From Candidatus Poribacteria bacterium (GTDB lineage Bacteria > Poribacteria > WGA-4E > WGA-3G): DNA of 64,000 nt. A program made the translations under genes and the position numbers. The stretch spans positions 1,440,001 through 1,504,000 of the forward strand of contig OZ242029.1 of assembly GCA_965205015.1 (NCBI GenBank). Direction: 5' to 3'. Positions 37,221-48,229 of this stretch are shown in pieces; the stretch's first letter is position 1; each line of letters opens with the position of its first letter. The notes beneath the pieces are model-generated. The model ran no database searches. It was not told the origin of the DNA and worked only from the letters and a program-made list of their open reading frames with translations.

Positions 37221-38351
37221 TCACGCAGCAGTCCGATTCCGTGCGATGACCTCCCATGTCCCACGACAATACCCATCCGCATCCACGACATAGTAAAAAG
37301 GATGTAGTGCCACACACGGACAGATATGCGTCGGACAGACGTAAATTTCTTGTCCGATATGTATCGGTGTGCTGTCAGGAACGTTAATCGCCCAATGCTC
37401 CTCGTGCTGTTTGTCCACATCAGCACCGTCAACATTCAAAACAACGCCACGCGCACCGTCAGGATCCGCGGCAATGGCTTTATGTCCCAAATCAAGCGTA
37501 ATCCTATGAGGCGTAGGAATACTAATCACACGGCTCAGGAGCAGTGCTGCAGGGGTAAAACCGAGATCGGGAAAGTGGGTGCTGTAACCGTAATCATGAA
37601 AAACAAAAGTGCCAGGGGATGCCTCTACACCCGGTGTCTCTGCATAGATAGGAAAGGTCGGTGTACCACCCATCACAACCAATGGCACGTCAAGTCCTTT
37701 GGAAGCAAGTCTATCTTTCATATCTTCTACCTGCGCGAGACTTTTATCGCAGGACACCTTTCGATCAGCGACATCTTCATCGTGAATATGTCCATCGTAG
37801 ACGTGCAATCCCCACGGTTGTAATCCGTCTACCGTTTCAATCTGTGCGTAGACATCCACAGCGGCATCACCGACAGGTATCCCCGTGCGATTCATGCCTA
37901 CATCCAGGTCCAGCATAACTTTGACGGTCACACCGTGCTTCGCCGCTGCTGATGAGAGAGCTGCCACCGATTCTTGATGATCGACAACGACCTTGAAATC
38001 AGCATCTGGATACTGTAGTTGTAGCGAAACAAAACGGTTGACATTCGGTCCTACCATCTGATAGGCAATCAGAATATCCTCTATACCGTTCTGCGCCAGC
38101 ATCTCTGCTTCCCGCAACGTGGCGCATTTGTGTTTGAGGATACCGGCATCCCGTTCCATAGCGATAATCTCTGCGGTTTTATGCGTCTTCGCGTGCGGTC
38201 TGAGCCTCGAGACATCTCCACCGACGGTCGCAATCGCATGTTCAATGTTATACCGAACCTGCTCGAGATAGACAACCAGCGATGGACTCGGTATCGTCTC
38301 AACGTTCTGAATACGGTATCTTTTATCCACGGTTTTACCCCTTTCCGACAC
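37221..38351 (-). CDS. D-threonine aldolase/D-serine dehydratase-like PLP enzyme (fold type III)
   Basis: LRPHAKTHK, DVGMNRTG, YDGH, GGTPTF, PTHICP. Confidence 0.9.
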   Translation of the reverse strand: MSERGKTVDKRYRIQNVETIPSPSLVVYLEQVRYNIEHAIATVGGDVSRLRPHAKTHKTAEIIAMERDAGILKHKCATLREAEMLAQNGIEDILIAYQMVGPNVNRFVSLQLQYPDADFKVVVDHQESVAALSSAAAKHGVTVKVMLDLDVGMNRTGIPVGDAAVDVYAQIETVDGLQPWGLHVYDGHIHDEDVADRKVSCDKSLAQVEDMKDRLASKGLDVPLVVMGGTPTFPIYAETPGVEASPGTFVFHDYGYSTHFPDLGFTPAALLLSRVISIPTPHRITLDLGHKAIAADPDGARGVVLNVDGADVDKQHEEHWAINVPDSTPIHIGQEIYVCPTHICPCVALHPFYYVVDADGYCRGTWEVIARNRTAA

Positions 38352-38381
38352 TTCTGTTGGTATACACCACCAAGTTTCCCT

Positions 38382-39803
38382 TTAAGTCAATGTTGCAGTA
38401 CGCAGGATAATCCGATCCTCTGTCCAGTTATCGCGATACCACGTACACGCTTCAAAGGTATCGTTAATCGCATTCATGCGCTGCTGTAAGACGATTCGGA
38501 ATTGATCTCGAAGTCTGGTCGATTCGGGTTCGTCCATCAGATTACGGGTTTGGAACGGATCCGCGACATTATCAAAGAGTTTCTCACTTCGATCTGGACG
38601 GTGGATGGCGTAGGTATATCGCTTTGTCCGGAGGGCGCGCCACTCATAACCATCTTCCCACTTGGCAGTACATCCCATTCCTTGCATGAACGCCGCATCC
38701 GGTTCATCAGCGGATTGGTGAAACGGGACGTTGCTGAAATCTCTCCCTTCAACAGTTTCTGGAATCGGCAGATCCATCATAGATAACAAGGTCGGCATGA
38801 TGTCGGGTGTGTTCAGGCATGCATCTGAGACATGCCTCTTCGGAATTTGTCCGTGCAACCGAACAAGGAACGGAACGCGCACTGCCTCTTCATAAAAGAT
38901 GTTCTTTGCGCGGCGACCCTGTGCACCAAACATCTCGCCGTGATCGGAAGTGAACACAAAGATCGTATCGTCTCGCAATCCGAGATCATCAACGGTTTGT
39001 AGCAACCGCCCAATATTCCGATCCAAGTTGGCAGTCATGGCGTAATAGACACGCATCCACTCAGGCAATTCGGCACGTTCTGCGGGGGACATAATTGCCC
39101 ATGTATCGCCGTAAGGGTCATTTTCATCGCGATAATTTGGTGGTAACGGGAAATCAACATCCTGGAACATCTCATAATCGGCAGATGGAACGTTGTCTTG
39201 CGTCCACGGGTCGTGCGGTGTCCCGATTGAAAGAAAAAGCGCGAACGGATCATCACTTGTTGCAGCCCGTTGCAGATAATCAATTGCCATATCGGTTTGA
39301 CCGTCCGGTTCATAACCCGGTAGCACGATCTTTTCAGGCGAATCCCTGTGGTAATATGTGTCAAAGTACAAATGATGAAAATTGTATGCTGACCACTCAC
39401 CCTCAAAACCGAGCCGATGTGGTCCCGGCGGAATGTAAGAGTTCTCGGGGTCGTTGTGTCTCCCCAATTGATTTGCCCACAAATGCCATTTCCCGATGTA
39501 ACTTGTCTGGTAACCGTTGCGATGTAAAACATGCCCGAAACAGTCATGATTCGGGTTCATGCGAAGCTCATTAATCGCCATACCGGTACTACTTGCGTAT
39601 TTGCCGGTGAAGAGTGAGGCACGATACGGAGCACACATCGGGCTACCGGAAACAGCGTTGCAGAAATTTGTACTCTCCGTAGCGAGCTGATCGATATTAG
39701 GTGTACGCGCGCGGGCATCGCCAGCGTAGCCACACGACTGGTAGCGGAGCTGATCGGCGAAAACATAGACCAGATTCGGTCGCTTTCCAACTGAACGAGA
39801 CAT
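38382..39803 (-). CDS. Sulfatase (Cys-type)
   Basis: CAPYRASLFTG, GKWH, SDHG. Confidence 0.92.
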   Translation of the reverse strand: MSRSVGKRPNLVYVFADQLRYQSCGYAGDARARTPNIDQLATESTNFCNAVSGSPMCAPYRASLFTGKYASSTGMAINELRMNPNHDCFGHVLHRNGYQTSYIGKWHLWANQLGRHNDPENSYIPPGPHRLGFEGEWSAYNFHHLYFDTYYHRDSPEKIVLPGYEPDGQTDMAIDYLQRAATSDDPFALFLSIGTPHDPWTQDNVPSADYEMFQDVDFPLPPNYRDENDPYGDTWAIMSPAERAELPEWMRVYYAMTANLDRNIGRLLQTVDDLGLRDDTIFVFTSDHGEMFGAQGRRAKNIFYEEAVRVPFLVRLHGQIPKRHVSDACLNTPDIMPTLLSMMDLPIPETVEGRDFSNVPFHQSADEPDAAFMQGMGCTAKWEDGYEWRALRTKRYTYAIHRPDRSEKLFDNVADPFQTRNLMDEPESTRLRDQFRIVLQQRMNAINDTFEACTWYRDNWTEDRIILRTATLT

Positions 39804-40135
39804 TTTTTAATTATACCTTGCGGAGAAAGGACGGGGGTTAGAACTTTGACGTACCTTCCTTAAATCTGAGGAAACGCCCAAGCAAAAACCCTTCCATTTC
39901 ATTACAGGCTATGGGTTTCGAGCTAATTCCAACGAGGTCTGAACCCCGTAGGCGTGAAAATTGTTACGTTTATGATGCCTACAGTATAGCATATTCCAGC
40001 AGATTATTCAAAAAAAAACAAGCACTCGCGAGGCACACAAAAGCCAAAAAAGCGGGAGTTTTTTGCAAGATATGAAAAAGTGGGCGTTGTAGAAATGACG
40101 ACACCGCTGCACGATGGCCTTTTCTTTCCCCGCTT

Positions 40136-41569
40136 TCACTTATCAGATGGCTTTCTCCATTGCCCTCCAGTGACCTGATCTATCAGCATACGCGCTTTTT
40201 GACTCGCTCGAACCTGCTTCTCGATTTCAACAGGATCCCACTTCGCTAACAATTGTGCTTCAAGCTCTTGGCAGATTCCTTGATATGCCGCTTCATCGGC
40301 GAGATTCCGAAATTCGTTCGGATCTTCGGCAATATCGTAAAGTTCTGGTGCATCGCCGAGGCTGTAGTTGAATTTGTACCGTCCTTTCCGCAGCATCGCC
40401 ATGGGGCGTTCAACACCGTGCGCTAGGTATTCAGAAAACGCGAGATCCTTCCAATCACTTGCAGTATCCTGCACTAAAGGCATCAGACTATCCCCATCCA
40501 GTTGACTCAAGAACTGTGCCCCTGCAATATCAACGAGCGTCGCTGTTAGATCTACGAGGGACACGATCTCATCAACGCATTTGCCTGCGGATAAATGGTC
40601 GGGAAACATAATCTGTAAGGGGATGCGAGCGGATGCCTCGTAGAAATTCGATTTGCGCCACATGCCGTGTTCGCCGTTCATCTCACCGTGGTCGCTGGTA
40701 TAGACGACGACCGTATTCTCCAACTGATCGGTCTCCTCAAGTGCCTTGAGCAAGTTGCCAATCTTTTCGTCAAGGTAGGTAATCAACCCATAATAGCCCG
40801 CCCTTCCGCGACGCACCAGTTCTTCGGGGAAGTCAACACACCCGAACATACGCCGCATCCGTTGGTAGACGGGATGTTGGTTTTCGAGGTGTCCCTCTGG
40901 AATGTTGGGTAGATCGATCTCATCAAGTGGATAGAGGTCCCAAAACCGCTGTGGCACGATGAGCGGGAAATGCGGCGCGATAAACGAGACATTGAGTGCC
41001 CACGGCTGTTCGTGGCGTACCGGATCTCGGAGATACGCCAAAGCCTCTGTTTCCGCGAGGTCATCGACTTCAATTTCCTCCATTGTTCCCGGACGTGCCT
41101 GTGCGAGCCCTTGCCAGGGACGCGGTGCCGGTGGTGTGCCGTTATTCCAGTCCGTCAGTCCGTGCTGTCGTTCTGCGTGCAGATCGCGGGCGAGTTGTGC
41201 CCGAAATCCGTGGAGCTGATCCATACCACCGAAGTGCTGTTTCCCAGAGAGCACGACATCGTAGCCTTCTGCCCGCAGGAGATGTGCCCATGTGACAGCA
41301 TCTGGACGCAGGGGCGCGGCGTTGTCCCATGCACCGATTTTGTGGATATATCGACCCGTCATAAATGACATCCGAGATGGCATACAGAGCGGTGAATTGC
41401 AGTAGGCATTGGTGAAGGTGACACCCTCTTCAGCGAGCCTGTCCATGTGCGGCGTTTGGACGAGTGAGTGTCCGTAGGGACCGCTGTACATCGGGGCATG
41501 TTCGTCGGACATGATGATAAGGAGATTGGGTTTCTGTTTTGAGGGCATAGTGTTTCTACATGGACTCAA
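40136..41569 (-). CDS. Sulfatase, choline-sulfatase-like
   Basis: CMPSRMSFMTG, GKQH, SDHGEM..EHGMW.K..FYE. Confidence 0.9.
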   Translation of the reverse strand: MSPCRNTMPSKQKPNLLIIMSDEHAPMYSGPYGHSLVQTPHMDRLAEEGVTFTNAYCNSPLCMPSRMSFMTGRYIHKIGAWDNAAPLRPDAVTWAHLLRAEGYDVVLSGKQHFGGMDQLHGFRAQLARDLHAERQHGLTDWNNGTPPAPRPWQGLAQARPGTMEEIEVDDLAETEALAYLRDPVRHEQPWALNVSFIAPHFPLIVPQRFWDLYPLDEIDLPNIPEGHLENQHPVYQRMRRMFGCVDFPEELVRRGRAGYYGLITYLDEKIGNLLKALEETDQLENTVVVYTSDHGEMNGEHGMWRKSNFYEASARIPLQIMFPDHLSAGKCVDEIVSLVDLTATLVDIAGAQFLSQLDGDSLMPLVQDTASDWKDLAFSEYLAHGVERPMAMLRKGRYKFNYSLGDAPELYDIAEDPNEFRNLADEAAYQGICQELEAQLLAKWDPVEIEKQVRASQKARMLIDQVTGGQWRKPSDK

Positions 41570-41644
41570 TCAATCCATAGGCAATCAACTTTAAGATTAA
41601 CAAGTAATTGTTCAAGGCTCGTTCCGTCTTGGAGATGGGATAGG

Positions 41645-43315
41645 TTAGATATGTATAGCGTTTGGATTTGACCTTGCTTGCTGCGCCCACATTTCAGCGA
41701 TCCGTTCAAAGGAGGGACGATAAATCTCACTTGAGGGTCGAAATAGACTTTCCTCTATGGGTTGGATTAGAGTCTCTTCTTCCTGCTGCACTAACATCAA
41801 TGAGAGGTCATCAGGTAACTTAACACCGATCTGCTTCTCAAAATCTGGTATGCTTTGATAGTCATCATGAAATAGAGCAACAATGTCTACATCCATGTCT
41901 TTAGCATCTGTTAAATCCGCTTTCGCTTTCTCCCACTCTTGTTCGTGTAACCACACCTTAGCACGACCATAATAAGCCTTTGCATAACGGCGGTTGAGTT
42001 GTATGGTCGTATTAAAATCTGCAAGAGCCATATCAAAGCCCCCTTCATTACCATAAACGTTACCACGATTATAATACGCTATCTCCAATAATGGGTTGAG
42101 TTGTATCGCTATCGTATAGTCTCTAATGGCATGGTCAATTTCACCTTTGTTACTATAAGAGATGCCGCGATTGATATAAGCTAGAATGTAGTCGGGTTGG
42201 AACCTAAGGACTACATTATAGTCTCTGATGGCATTATCAAAATCACCTTTTCCACTATAAGCAATACCACGATTAAAATAGCATTCAATGCTATGATGTG
42301 GGTTGCGTTCTATCACTTTCGTATAGTCCGATATGGCTTTGTTAAATTCGTCCCTGCTGCTATAAGCATTACCGCGTTCATAATACGCATTGAGGTAATT
42401 GGGTTGCAATTTTATCGTTTTTGTATAGTTTGCGATAGCCGATTCAAAATCGTTTTTGTTGCTGAAAGCCATGCCGAGAATCAGATACGCATCCGCAGCA
42501 TTCGGATTACGTTCCAACGCTTTTTCACAGTCTGCAATAGCGGAGTCAAATTCCCCCTTAAGACTATAAGCAGTTGCGCGGGTGATGTACGGATGAGCAG
42601 CGTTTGAATTGAGTTCTATCACCTTTTGGAAGTCCGCTATAGCGGAGTCAAATTCCCTTTTAAGTAAGTGAACATAGCCTCGCATAACATAGACTGTTGG
42701 GTAATTTGGTTTCAGTTCTATTGCCCTGCTATAGTCTGCAATAGCTTTATCATCTTCCTCCTTGCTGCGGTAAGCATTGCCACGAATAGCGTAAACCTCA
42801 GCAAAATCCGGCTTGAGTCGGATCGCCTTGCTATAGTCCATAATGGCGGAGTCCAGCTCATCTTTGTCGTTGTAAGCATTCCCTCGAATAAGATAGGCTT
42901 CAGCAGCATCAGGATTAAGTTGTATTGCCCTGTCACAGTCTTCAATGGCACGGTCGAAATCTTTCTTGCTAACATAAGCATGAGCACGCTGATAATAGGC
43001 CTCAGCGTAGTCCGGTTCGTATTGGATTGCCTTGGTGAAGTCTTCAATCGCCGTGTCAATGTCACCTTTAGCCCCATGTGCCATACCGCGACCATAATAA
43101 GCCCTAGCGGGTTGCCGAGTCCAGAAAATCGCGTCGGTATAATCCTTAATCGCGAGGTCAAATTTACCCATTTTGTGGTAAACATTACCGCGGTAGACGT
43201 AAGATAAAGCAAAATTTGGTCTCAAGTCAATGGCTCTACTATAGTGTTTGACAGCTTCTTCATAATGCGCCATTTTCACTGGGTTAGCCATTCTCTGAAT
43301 CTCCTCTTTGTTCAC
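41645..43315 (-). CDS. Tetratricopeptide repeat protein (about 13 TPRs), probably the C-terminal part of a frameshifted FRG-TPR fusion
   Basis: Repeated AY..RG.AY...G....AI.DY..AI.L.P. Confidence 0.85.
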   Translation of the reverse strand: MNKEEIQRMANPVKMAHYEEAVKHYSRAIDLRPNFALSYVYRGNVYHKMGKFDLAIKDYTDAIFWTRQPARAYYGRGMAHGAKGDIDTAIEDFTKAIQYEPDYAEAYYQRAHAYVSKKDFDRAIEDCDRAIQLNPDAAEAYLIRGNAYNDKDELDSAIMDYSKAIRLKPDFAEVYAIRGNAYRSKEEDDKAIADYSRAIELKPNYPTVYVMRGYVHLLKREFDSAIADFQKVIELNSNAAHPYITRATAYSLKGEFDSAIADCEKALERNPNAADAYLILGMAFSNKNDFESAIANYTKTIKLQPNYLNAYYERGNAYSSRDEFNKAISDYTKVIERNPHHSIECYFNRGIAYSGKGDFDNAIRDYNVVLRFQPDYILAYINRGISYSNKGEIDHAIRDYTIAIQLNPLLEIAYYNRGNVYGNEGGFDMALADFNTTIQLNRRYAKAYYGRAKVWLHEQEWEKAKADLTDAKDMDVDIVALFHDDYQSIPDFEKQIGVKLPDDLSLMLVQQEEETLIQPIEESLFRPSSEIYRPSFERIAEMWAQQARSNPNAIHI

Positions 43316-43997
43316 GGGTTAAGCCTATATAATGCGACTTGTATACTTCCAGATGGATGCTCTGATCCTTAATGAAACCATGGATATCATTGTAAATGGT
43401 TTCAACAGATATACCGTGAGAGTTTCGCAAATGCCCCAGTATAGGTTGTTTGAGCACTGCTGGAATATTAATTACATCATCCTCATTTGGACCAATAAAG
43501 CCATCGGGATGTCTAATAAATACGCTTTTCTGAGCGATAACACGATTTATTGGCTCGTAAGGCTTTTCAATGTAGGGACTTATCAGTTCCTTCTTTTCCA
43601 AGATAACCCTGCCATTTTTGCCAGGGGAGCCATCACATGCCATGAATAACGCGACGAGGTAATCCTCCGTGAAATCAATGAGGTTGGTTTTACCGCCGTA
43701 ATGTTGGATTTCGGCAAGGCGTTTTATCTCGCTAGCTGGTTCGCGGGAAAACTCTTTAACCGTTTCCAACATACCCATTTGGACATTTTCTATATCAAAT
43801 CGCGCGGTCTCAACATCAAAACCTTCTAGCTCCAGAAAAACGCGGTAAAGATTTGAAGAAACTTTCCCATAGTAAGGCTTCTCCTGATAATGTTCAGGTT
43901 CTCCCCGGTAGATGTATTCTCCAGTGTCCGCTTTTTCTTCTATTTTTCGGAGTATGTCGTCAACCGTACTTGGCTCGTTTGGTTTTTCTTTGTCCAT
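43284..43997 (-). CDS. FRG-domain protein
   Basis: YIYRGE, QHYGGKTNLIDFT, ALFMAC, RVIAQKSVF. Confidence 0.85.
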   Translation of the reverse strand: MDKEKPNEPSTVDDILRKIEEKADTGEYIYRGEPEHYQEKPYYGKVSSNLYRVFLELEGFDVETARFDIENVQMGMLETVKEFSREPASEIKRLAEIQHYGGKTNLIDFTEDYLVALFMACDGSPGKNGRVILEKKELISPYIEKPYEPINRVIAQKSVFIRHPDGFIGPNEDDVINIPAVLKQPILGHLRNSHGISVETIYNDIHGFIKDQSIHLEVYKSHYIGLTREQRGDSENG

Positions 43998-44179
43998 CCA
44001 CTTTCCTTTACGATCACAATGCTGCTTAAAATAGTAACACGTTCCACAAAGGATGTCAACTGAATTTAACAGCCTGAACGGTCGCGAACTGTAGCTCGCT
44101 TCTACAGTATTCTGCTTGAATTATTCTTGGTAAGGTGCTATGCTGATTTTATTAATACATATAACATAAAGGAAACAGT

Positions 44180-45691
44180 ATGCCTGAAACCAGACCTAAT
44201 ATCCTACTTATTACCAGCGATCAGCAGCATTGGAATACTTTGGGCTGCCTCAACCCCGAAATACAGACCCCGCACTTAGACACATTGGCGCAACAAGGCA
44301 CGCTTTTCAATAGAGCCTATTGCCCGAACCCTACCTGCACACCGACGCGCGCATCTATTATCACTGGAAAATACCCGAGCCAACACGGTGCGTGGTCGCT
44401 CGGCACGAAACTCTCTGAAGATGAACATACCGTCGGTGAGGATTTCACGGATGCTGGCTATCGGACTGCCCTCGTCGGAAAAGCACATTTTCAACCGCTC
44501 CACGGGACAGAGGAATTCCCGTCTCTCGAATCCTACCCGATTCTCCAAGATTTGGACTTTTGGCGCAGTTTCAACGAGCCGTTTTACGGGTTTGAGCATG
44601 TCGAACTCGCACGCAACCACGCCGACGAAGCACACGTCGGACAACACTATGCGATCTGGATGGAAGAGAACGGCTGTACCAATTGGCGCGACTATTTCGC
44701 ACCGCCGACAGGGAACGCTCGCGGGCAATACCGCAAGTGGCACATCCCAGAAGAATACCATTACGATACCTGGATTGCGGAACGTACCAATGCGCTCATG
44801 GAAACGTATCAACAGAACGGTGAGAACTTTTTCCTCTGGGCGAGTTTCTTCGATCCGCATCCGAAATATCTTGTTCCAGAGCCGTGGGATACGATGTACG
44901 ACCCAGAGGCGTTGACGGTGCCCTCCGTAACCGAGGGAGAACACGATAACAACCCACCGCATTTCCAGCTAACACAACAAGAAAAGCCGGATTTCTCCGC
45001 TTGGCGTGAAAGTGGGAAGGGGGTACACGGCTTCAACTCACATCTACGCGATCGGGACGAACTCGCTAAAGACATTGCTGTCTATTACGGCATGGTGAGC
45101 CTGATGGATAAGTATATCGGGAAAATCTTGGCGAAACTGGACGAATTAGGGCTTGCAGAGAACACGTTGGTCGTGTTCACTTCCGATCATGGGCATTTTT
45201 ACGGACAACACGGACTCGTCGCAAAGGGAGCATTCCACTACGAGGATGTCATCCGAGTGCCGTTTATCGCGCGGTATCCAGGGGTCGTGCCTGCGGGGAA
45301 ACACTCCGAGGCATTGCAGACGTTGGTAGACTTAGCACCCTCATTTCTCAGCGCTGCTGGCATTGACATTCCTCTTCCAATGACAGGCGTAGATCAGATG
45401 CCGGTCTGGTCAGGACAAGCAGAACAGGCACGCGACCATATCCTCGTTGAAAATCATCATGAACCGACAACGGTGCACGTCAAAACCTATGTTGACGATC
45501 GTTATAAGATTACCGTCTACTATAACAGAGATTATGGCGAGTTATTTGATTTGCAAGCGGATCCTGGAGAAGTCAACAACCTATGGAATTCCGCTGAGCA
45601 TGCGGCACTGAAGGCGGATCTGGTGATGAAACTGTTGTTCGCGGAGATGGGGAAAGAACCGTTATGGATGCCGCGAACTTCGGGGGCATAA
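44180..45691 (+). CDS. Sulfatase (Cys-type)
   Basis: CTPTRASIITG, GKAH, SDHG. Confidence 0.92.
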   Translation: MPETRPNILLITSDQQHWNTLGCLNPEIQTPHLDTLAQQGTLFNRAYCPNPTCTPTRASIITGKYPSQHGAWSLGTKLSEDEHTVGEDFTDAGYRTALVGKAHFQPLHGTEEFPSLESYPILQDLDFWRSFNEPFYGFEHVELARNHADEAHVGQHYAIWMEENGCTNWRDYFAPPTGNARGQYRKWHIPEEYHYDTWIAERTNALMETYQQNGENFFLWASFFDPHPKYLVPEPWDTMYDPEALTVPSVTEGEHDNNPPHFQLTQQEKPDFSAWRESGKGVHGFNSHLRDRDELAKDIAVYYGMVSLMDKYIGKILAKLDELGLAENTLVVFTSDHGHFYGQHGLVAKGAFHYEDVIRVPFIARYPGVVPAGKHSEALQTLVDLAPSFLSAAGIDIPLPMTGVDQMPVWSGQAEQARDHILVENHHEPTTVHVKTYVDDRYKITVYYNRDYGELFDLQADPGEVNNLWNSAEHAALKADLVMKLLFAEMGKEPLWMPRTSGA

Positions 45692-45692
45692 A

Positions 45693-46508
45693 TCAATACC
45701 GCCGTTTCCAGTGCCAACTGTCGCTTCCTGAAATGAGCGGACGGATGTCTTCGGGCAATGTCTCAATAAATTCAGGACTGACTTCGTTGCCGGGCCATTC
45801 GCGTACCATCGGTGGTGTGTACCCGGAGATGAGGATGACACGCTCTTTATCGCTACGGATGGCAGTTGTGCTGTGAATCAACGCCTCGGCAAAAAGAAGG
45901 ACGGACCCCGCGGATGCTTCGACTTGGTAGATGAGTTTGTCGTCAGAGAGTGCCGCTTCGATCATTTCTTTGTGATCCCACGTTAGGCGATGGCTTCCGG
46001 GTATAACGCACGTTCCACCATCGTCTGGACCGACATCGGTGAGGTAGGCGAGCGTTTTTACGAAGATACAGTGGAACTTGTTCTGTTCCACATAAGTGCC
46101 CCACCCGTGTTGCGTCCCGCGATGAAATCCTGTCGGGTTATAGCGGCGTTTATAGAGGTCGTCCAATTCTGTCTCAGGGTTACGACTATTAATGATCGCT
46201 TCGGTCTCTTCAAGGCGTACTGCCCCTCCTACCACCTCTTCAACCAACGGCACGAGTTGTGGGTGCGCGGCGTATTCTAAGAGTGCTGGGTCATATTCAA
46301 CGAGATTGCCGAAAAGGATATGGTGTTCTCCGCCGGGACGGGCATAGACACGCTTGGCATCCCGATTTTCGTCGGCTTTCATCCTGTAGAGGGCACCTTT
46401 CATGCGTGCAATTTCATCGTCGTTTAGGACGTTCTCTAACAAGACAAAACCGTAGATGTCAAAATGGAGTCTTTGTGCTGGCGTGAGGCGAACCGTTTCA
46501 TTGCGCAT
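45693..46508 (-). CDS. PhyH family dioxygenase
   Basis: FDIYGFVLL, VIPGSH, AGSVLLFAEALIH. Confidence 0.8.
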   Translation of the reverse strand: MRNETVRLTPAQRLHFDIYGFVLLENVLNDDEIARMKGALYRMKADENRDAKRVYARPGGEHHILFGNLVEYDPALLEYAAHPQLVPLVEEVVGGAVRLEETEAIINSRNPETELDDLYKRRYNPTGFHRGTQHGWGTYVEQNKFHCIFVKTLAYLTDVGPDDGGTCVIPGSHRLTWDHKEMIEAALSDDKLIYQVEASAGSVLLFAEALIHSTTAIRSDKERVILISGYTPPMVREWPGNEVSPEFIETLPEDIRPLISGSDSWHWKRRY

Positions 46509-47244
46509 GATTTTCTTCCTCGTAAAACTTTTTTATATCCTTCGCAAGTTTTCGCTTTAGTTCCTCAGAAATCGGATATCTACCAATTTCCTCTCGAATT
46601 TCTTCACAAGTTTTGCCATCTTCTTCTAATTTAACAATTACTGCTGAGAACACCTTCTCAAAACCAAATTTGGTGAGTGCTCTTGACATAAATTGTAAAA
46701 CTCCCAACGCAGCGATTCCACCGAGCATCCCAAATGGTCCCAAAGCGGCAAGCGATGATGTTATCGCTGCCGCACCGAACCAAGGTGAAGAGGTCATTAA
46801 CATAACCAACACAAGACCAGGCACTCCGAACCCGGCAATTACTTCCGCTATTTTGTCTAAAGGCAAGTCATCTACTCTTGGGATTTGTATCTCATTTATA
46901 GAAGGAATCGCTTTCTTCAATTTATCAAGGACATTTTTCAGATTCCACCACCACTCAGCCACAGGTAGATCCGGCATCTGTGTTTCTGCTTTAGTTCTTA
47001 GAGAATCAATAGCATCTTGCAAATCCTGAATAGCCTCTCTCAACTTTTTCAACTCATCTAATCCAGCCTTCCGTACAACACTCACGGATCTTCTTAAGGC
47101 TTGAATAGCTTCTTTAGGATTTGGGATCCGTTCCTTGTCTATAGAAAGGATGGCATCTTTCAATTCTTGAAAGGTATTTGTCAGATCTCGCACCCATGCA
47201 CCTGTAGTGCGAGCACGCTCTCCCAGATCTCGTATCAATCTCAT
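46498..47244 (-). CDS. Hypothetical coiled-coil plus Gly/Ala-rich hydrophobic hairpin protein
   Basis: AT-rich ORF; GFGVPGLVL...GAAAITSSLAALGPFGMLGG. Confidence 0.55.
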   Translation of the reverse strand: MRLIRDLGERARTTGAWVRDLTNTFQELKDAILSIDKERIPNPKEAIQALRRSVSVVRKAGLDELKKLREAIQDLQDAIDSLRTKAETQMPDLPVAEWWWNLKNVLDKLKKAIPSINEIQIPRVDDLPLDKIAEVIAGFGVPGLVLVMLMTSSPWFGAAAITSSLAALGPFGMLGGIAALGVLQFMSRALTKFGFEKVFSAVIVKLEEDGKTCEEIREEIGRYPISEELKRKLAKDIKKFYEEENHAQ

Positions 47245-47280
47245 AGTTTAAATATTTCCACAACTAAAAATAAGCGAAGC

Positions 47281-47360
47281 ATTTCTACAAATGCCGCCCC
47301 TACGGGGCTTGGTCTTTTGTTGATACATATTTCTACAAAGATGCCGTCCCTACGGGACTG
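47281..47360. repeat. Tandem REP-like doublet ATTTCTACAAA..TGCCG(C/T)CCCTACGGG
   Basis: Two copies with GCCCCTACGGGGC and GTCCCTACGGGAC hairpins. Confidence 0.7.
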
Positions 47361-47445
47361 AAGAAAAATATACACATCATAATTGATAGACGACACAATA
47401 AGACTTCCGCTCGTAAACTTCGGAAGTCACGACTCCAAATCGTTT

Positions 47446-48219
47446 TTATTTGAGCGTTGACTGTTTCTTAATATGTCCCCAGAGTGTTGTGAGTTTTCCG
47501 TTCGGATCAACGGCAAGGTCGAGTGGATCTGCCCCTTCATAGATTAACAAGTCATCAACGTAACCGGGTGCTGTCATTCCCCACGTATAGAAAGCGACCC
47601 ACTTGGCGACGGGACCGAGCGCAGCATTCCGAAAAGGAAGCCCTTTCTCCGGCTTGGCACCTAAAGCGTCATTCCTGTCGTTCCCTACGTAGAAATCGAA
47701 TTCGCTTTTATCGACATTGGCTACGACCCGAACGTATTTCCATGTATCGGTTTCAAAATCACCAATAGGTTGCCACGCGGCACCATCATAGAGGCGAACC
47801 ATATCGGCATTCCAATTGATGTAGGTGCACCCGTTGTTCTCGCCAATGCCGTCAGCAGTAGCGACTTTGAGATTGAAAGACCTACCGCCACTCTCTATGT
47901 AAACCCAGAATTCAACAGAGATGATAGGGTTCTCGGTTTCTATAGGCACACCGAGTCCATCTCCGTCTCCACCACCCAAAATAGCGAGTGCTTTTTTATC
48001 CGTTTTGACAGTGTCGCCAGAAATTTCAAAGTCCCCGCCAATTACCTCCCAATCGTCAGGCAGTTTACCGACAGAAAATTCCTCGAACCCAGTTTGTACA
48101 TAAGCCTCTTGTGCAATTGCGGTTTTTACACTGGCGAGGCTCAAAACAGCAACGAAAGTTAACACGACATATTTGCAAAAGGTAATCCGCTCCCTCTGAA
48201 TCATCTTCCATTCCTCCAT
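47446..48219 (-). CDS. Secreted beta-sandwich (LamG/CBM-like) protein with AVDP.GKLTT.W tail
   Basis: Signal peptide; GYVDDLLIYEG; C-terminal motif. Confidence 0.65.
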   Translation of the reverse strand: MEEWKMIQRERITFCKYVVLTFVAVLSLASVKTAIAQEAYVQTGFEEFSVGKLPDDWEVIGGDFEISGDTVKTDKKALAILGGGDGDGLGVPIETENPIISVEFWVYIESGGRSFNLKVATADGIGENNGCTYINWNADMVRLYDGAAWQPIGDFETDTWKYVRVVANVDKSEFDFYVGNDRNDALGAKPEKGLPFRNAALGPVAKWVAFYTWGMTAPGYVDDLLIYEGADPLDLAVDPNGKLTTLWGHIKKQSTLK

Positions 48220-48229
48220 TCAGTCTTCA

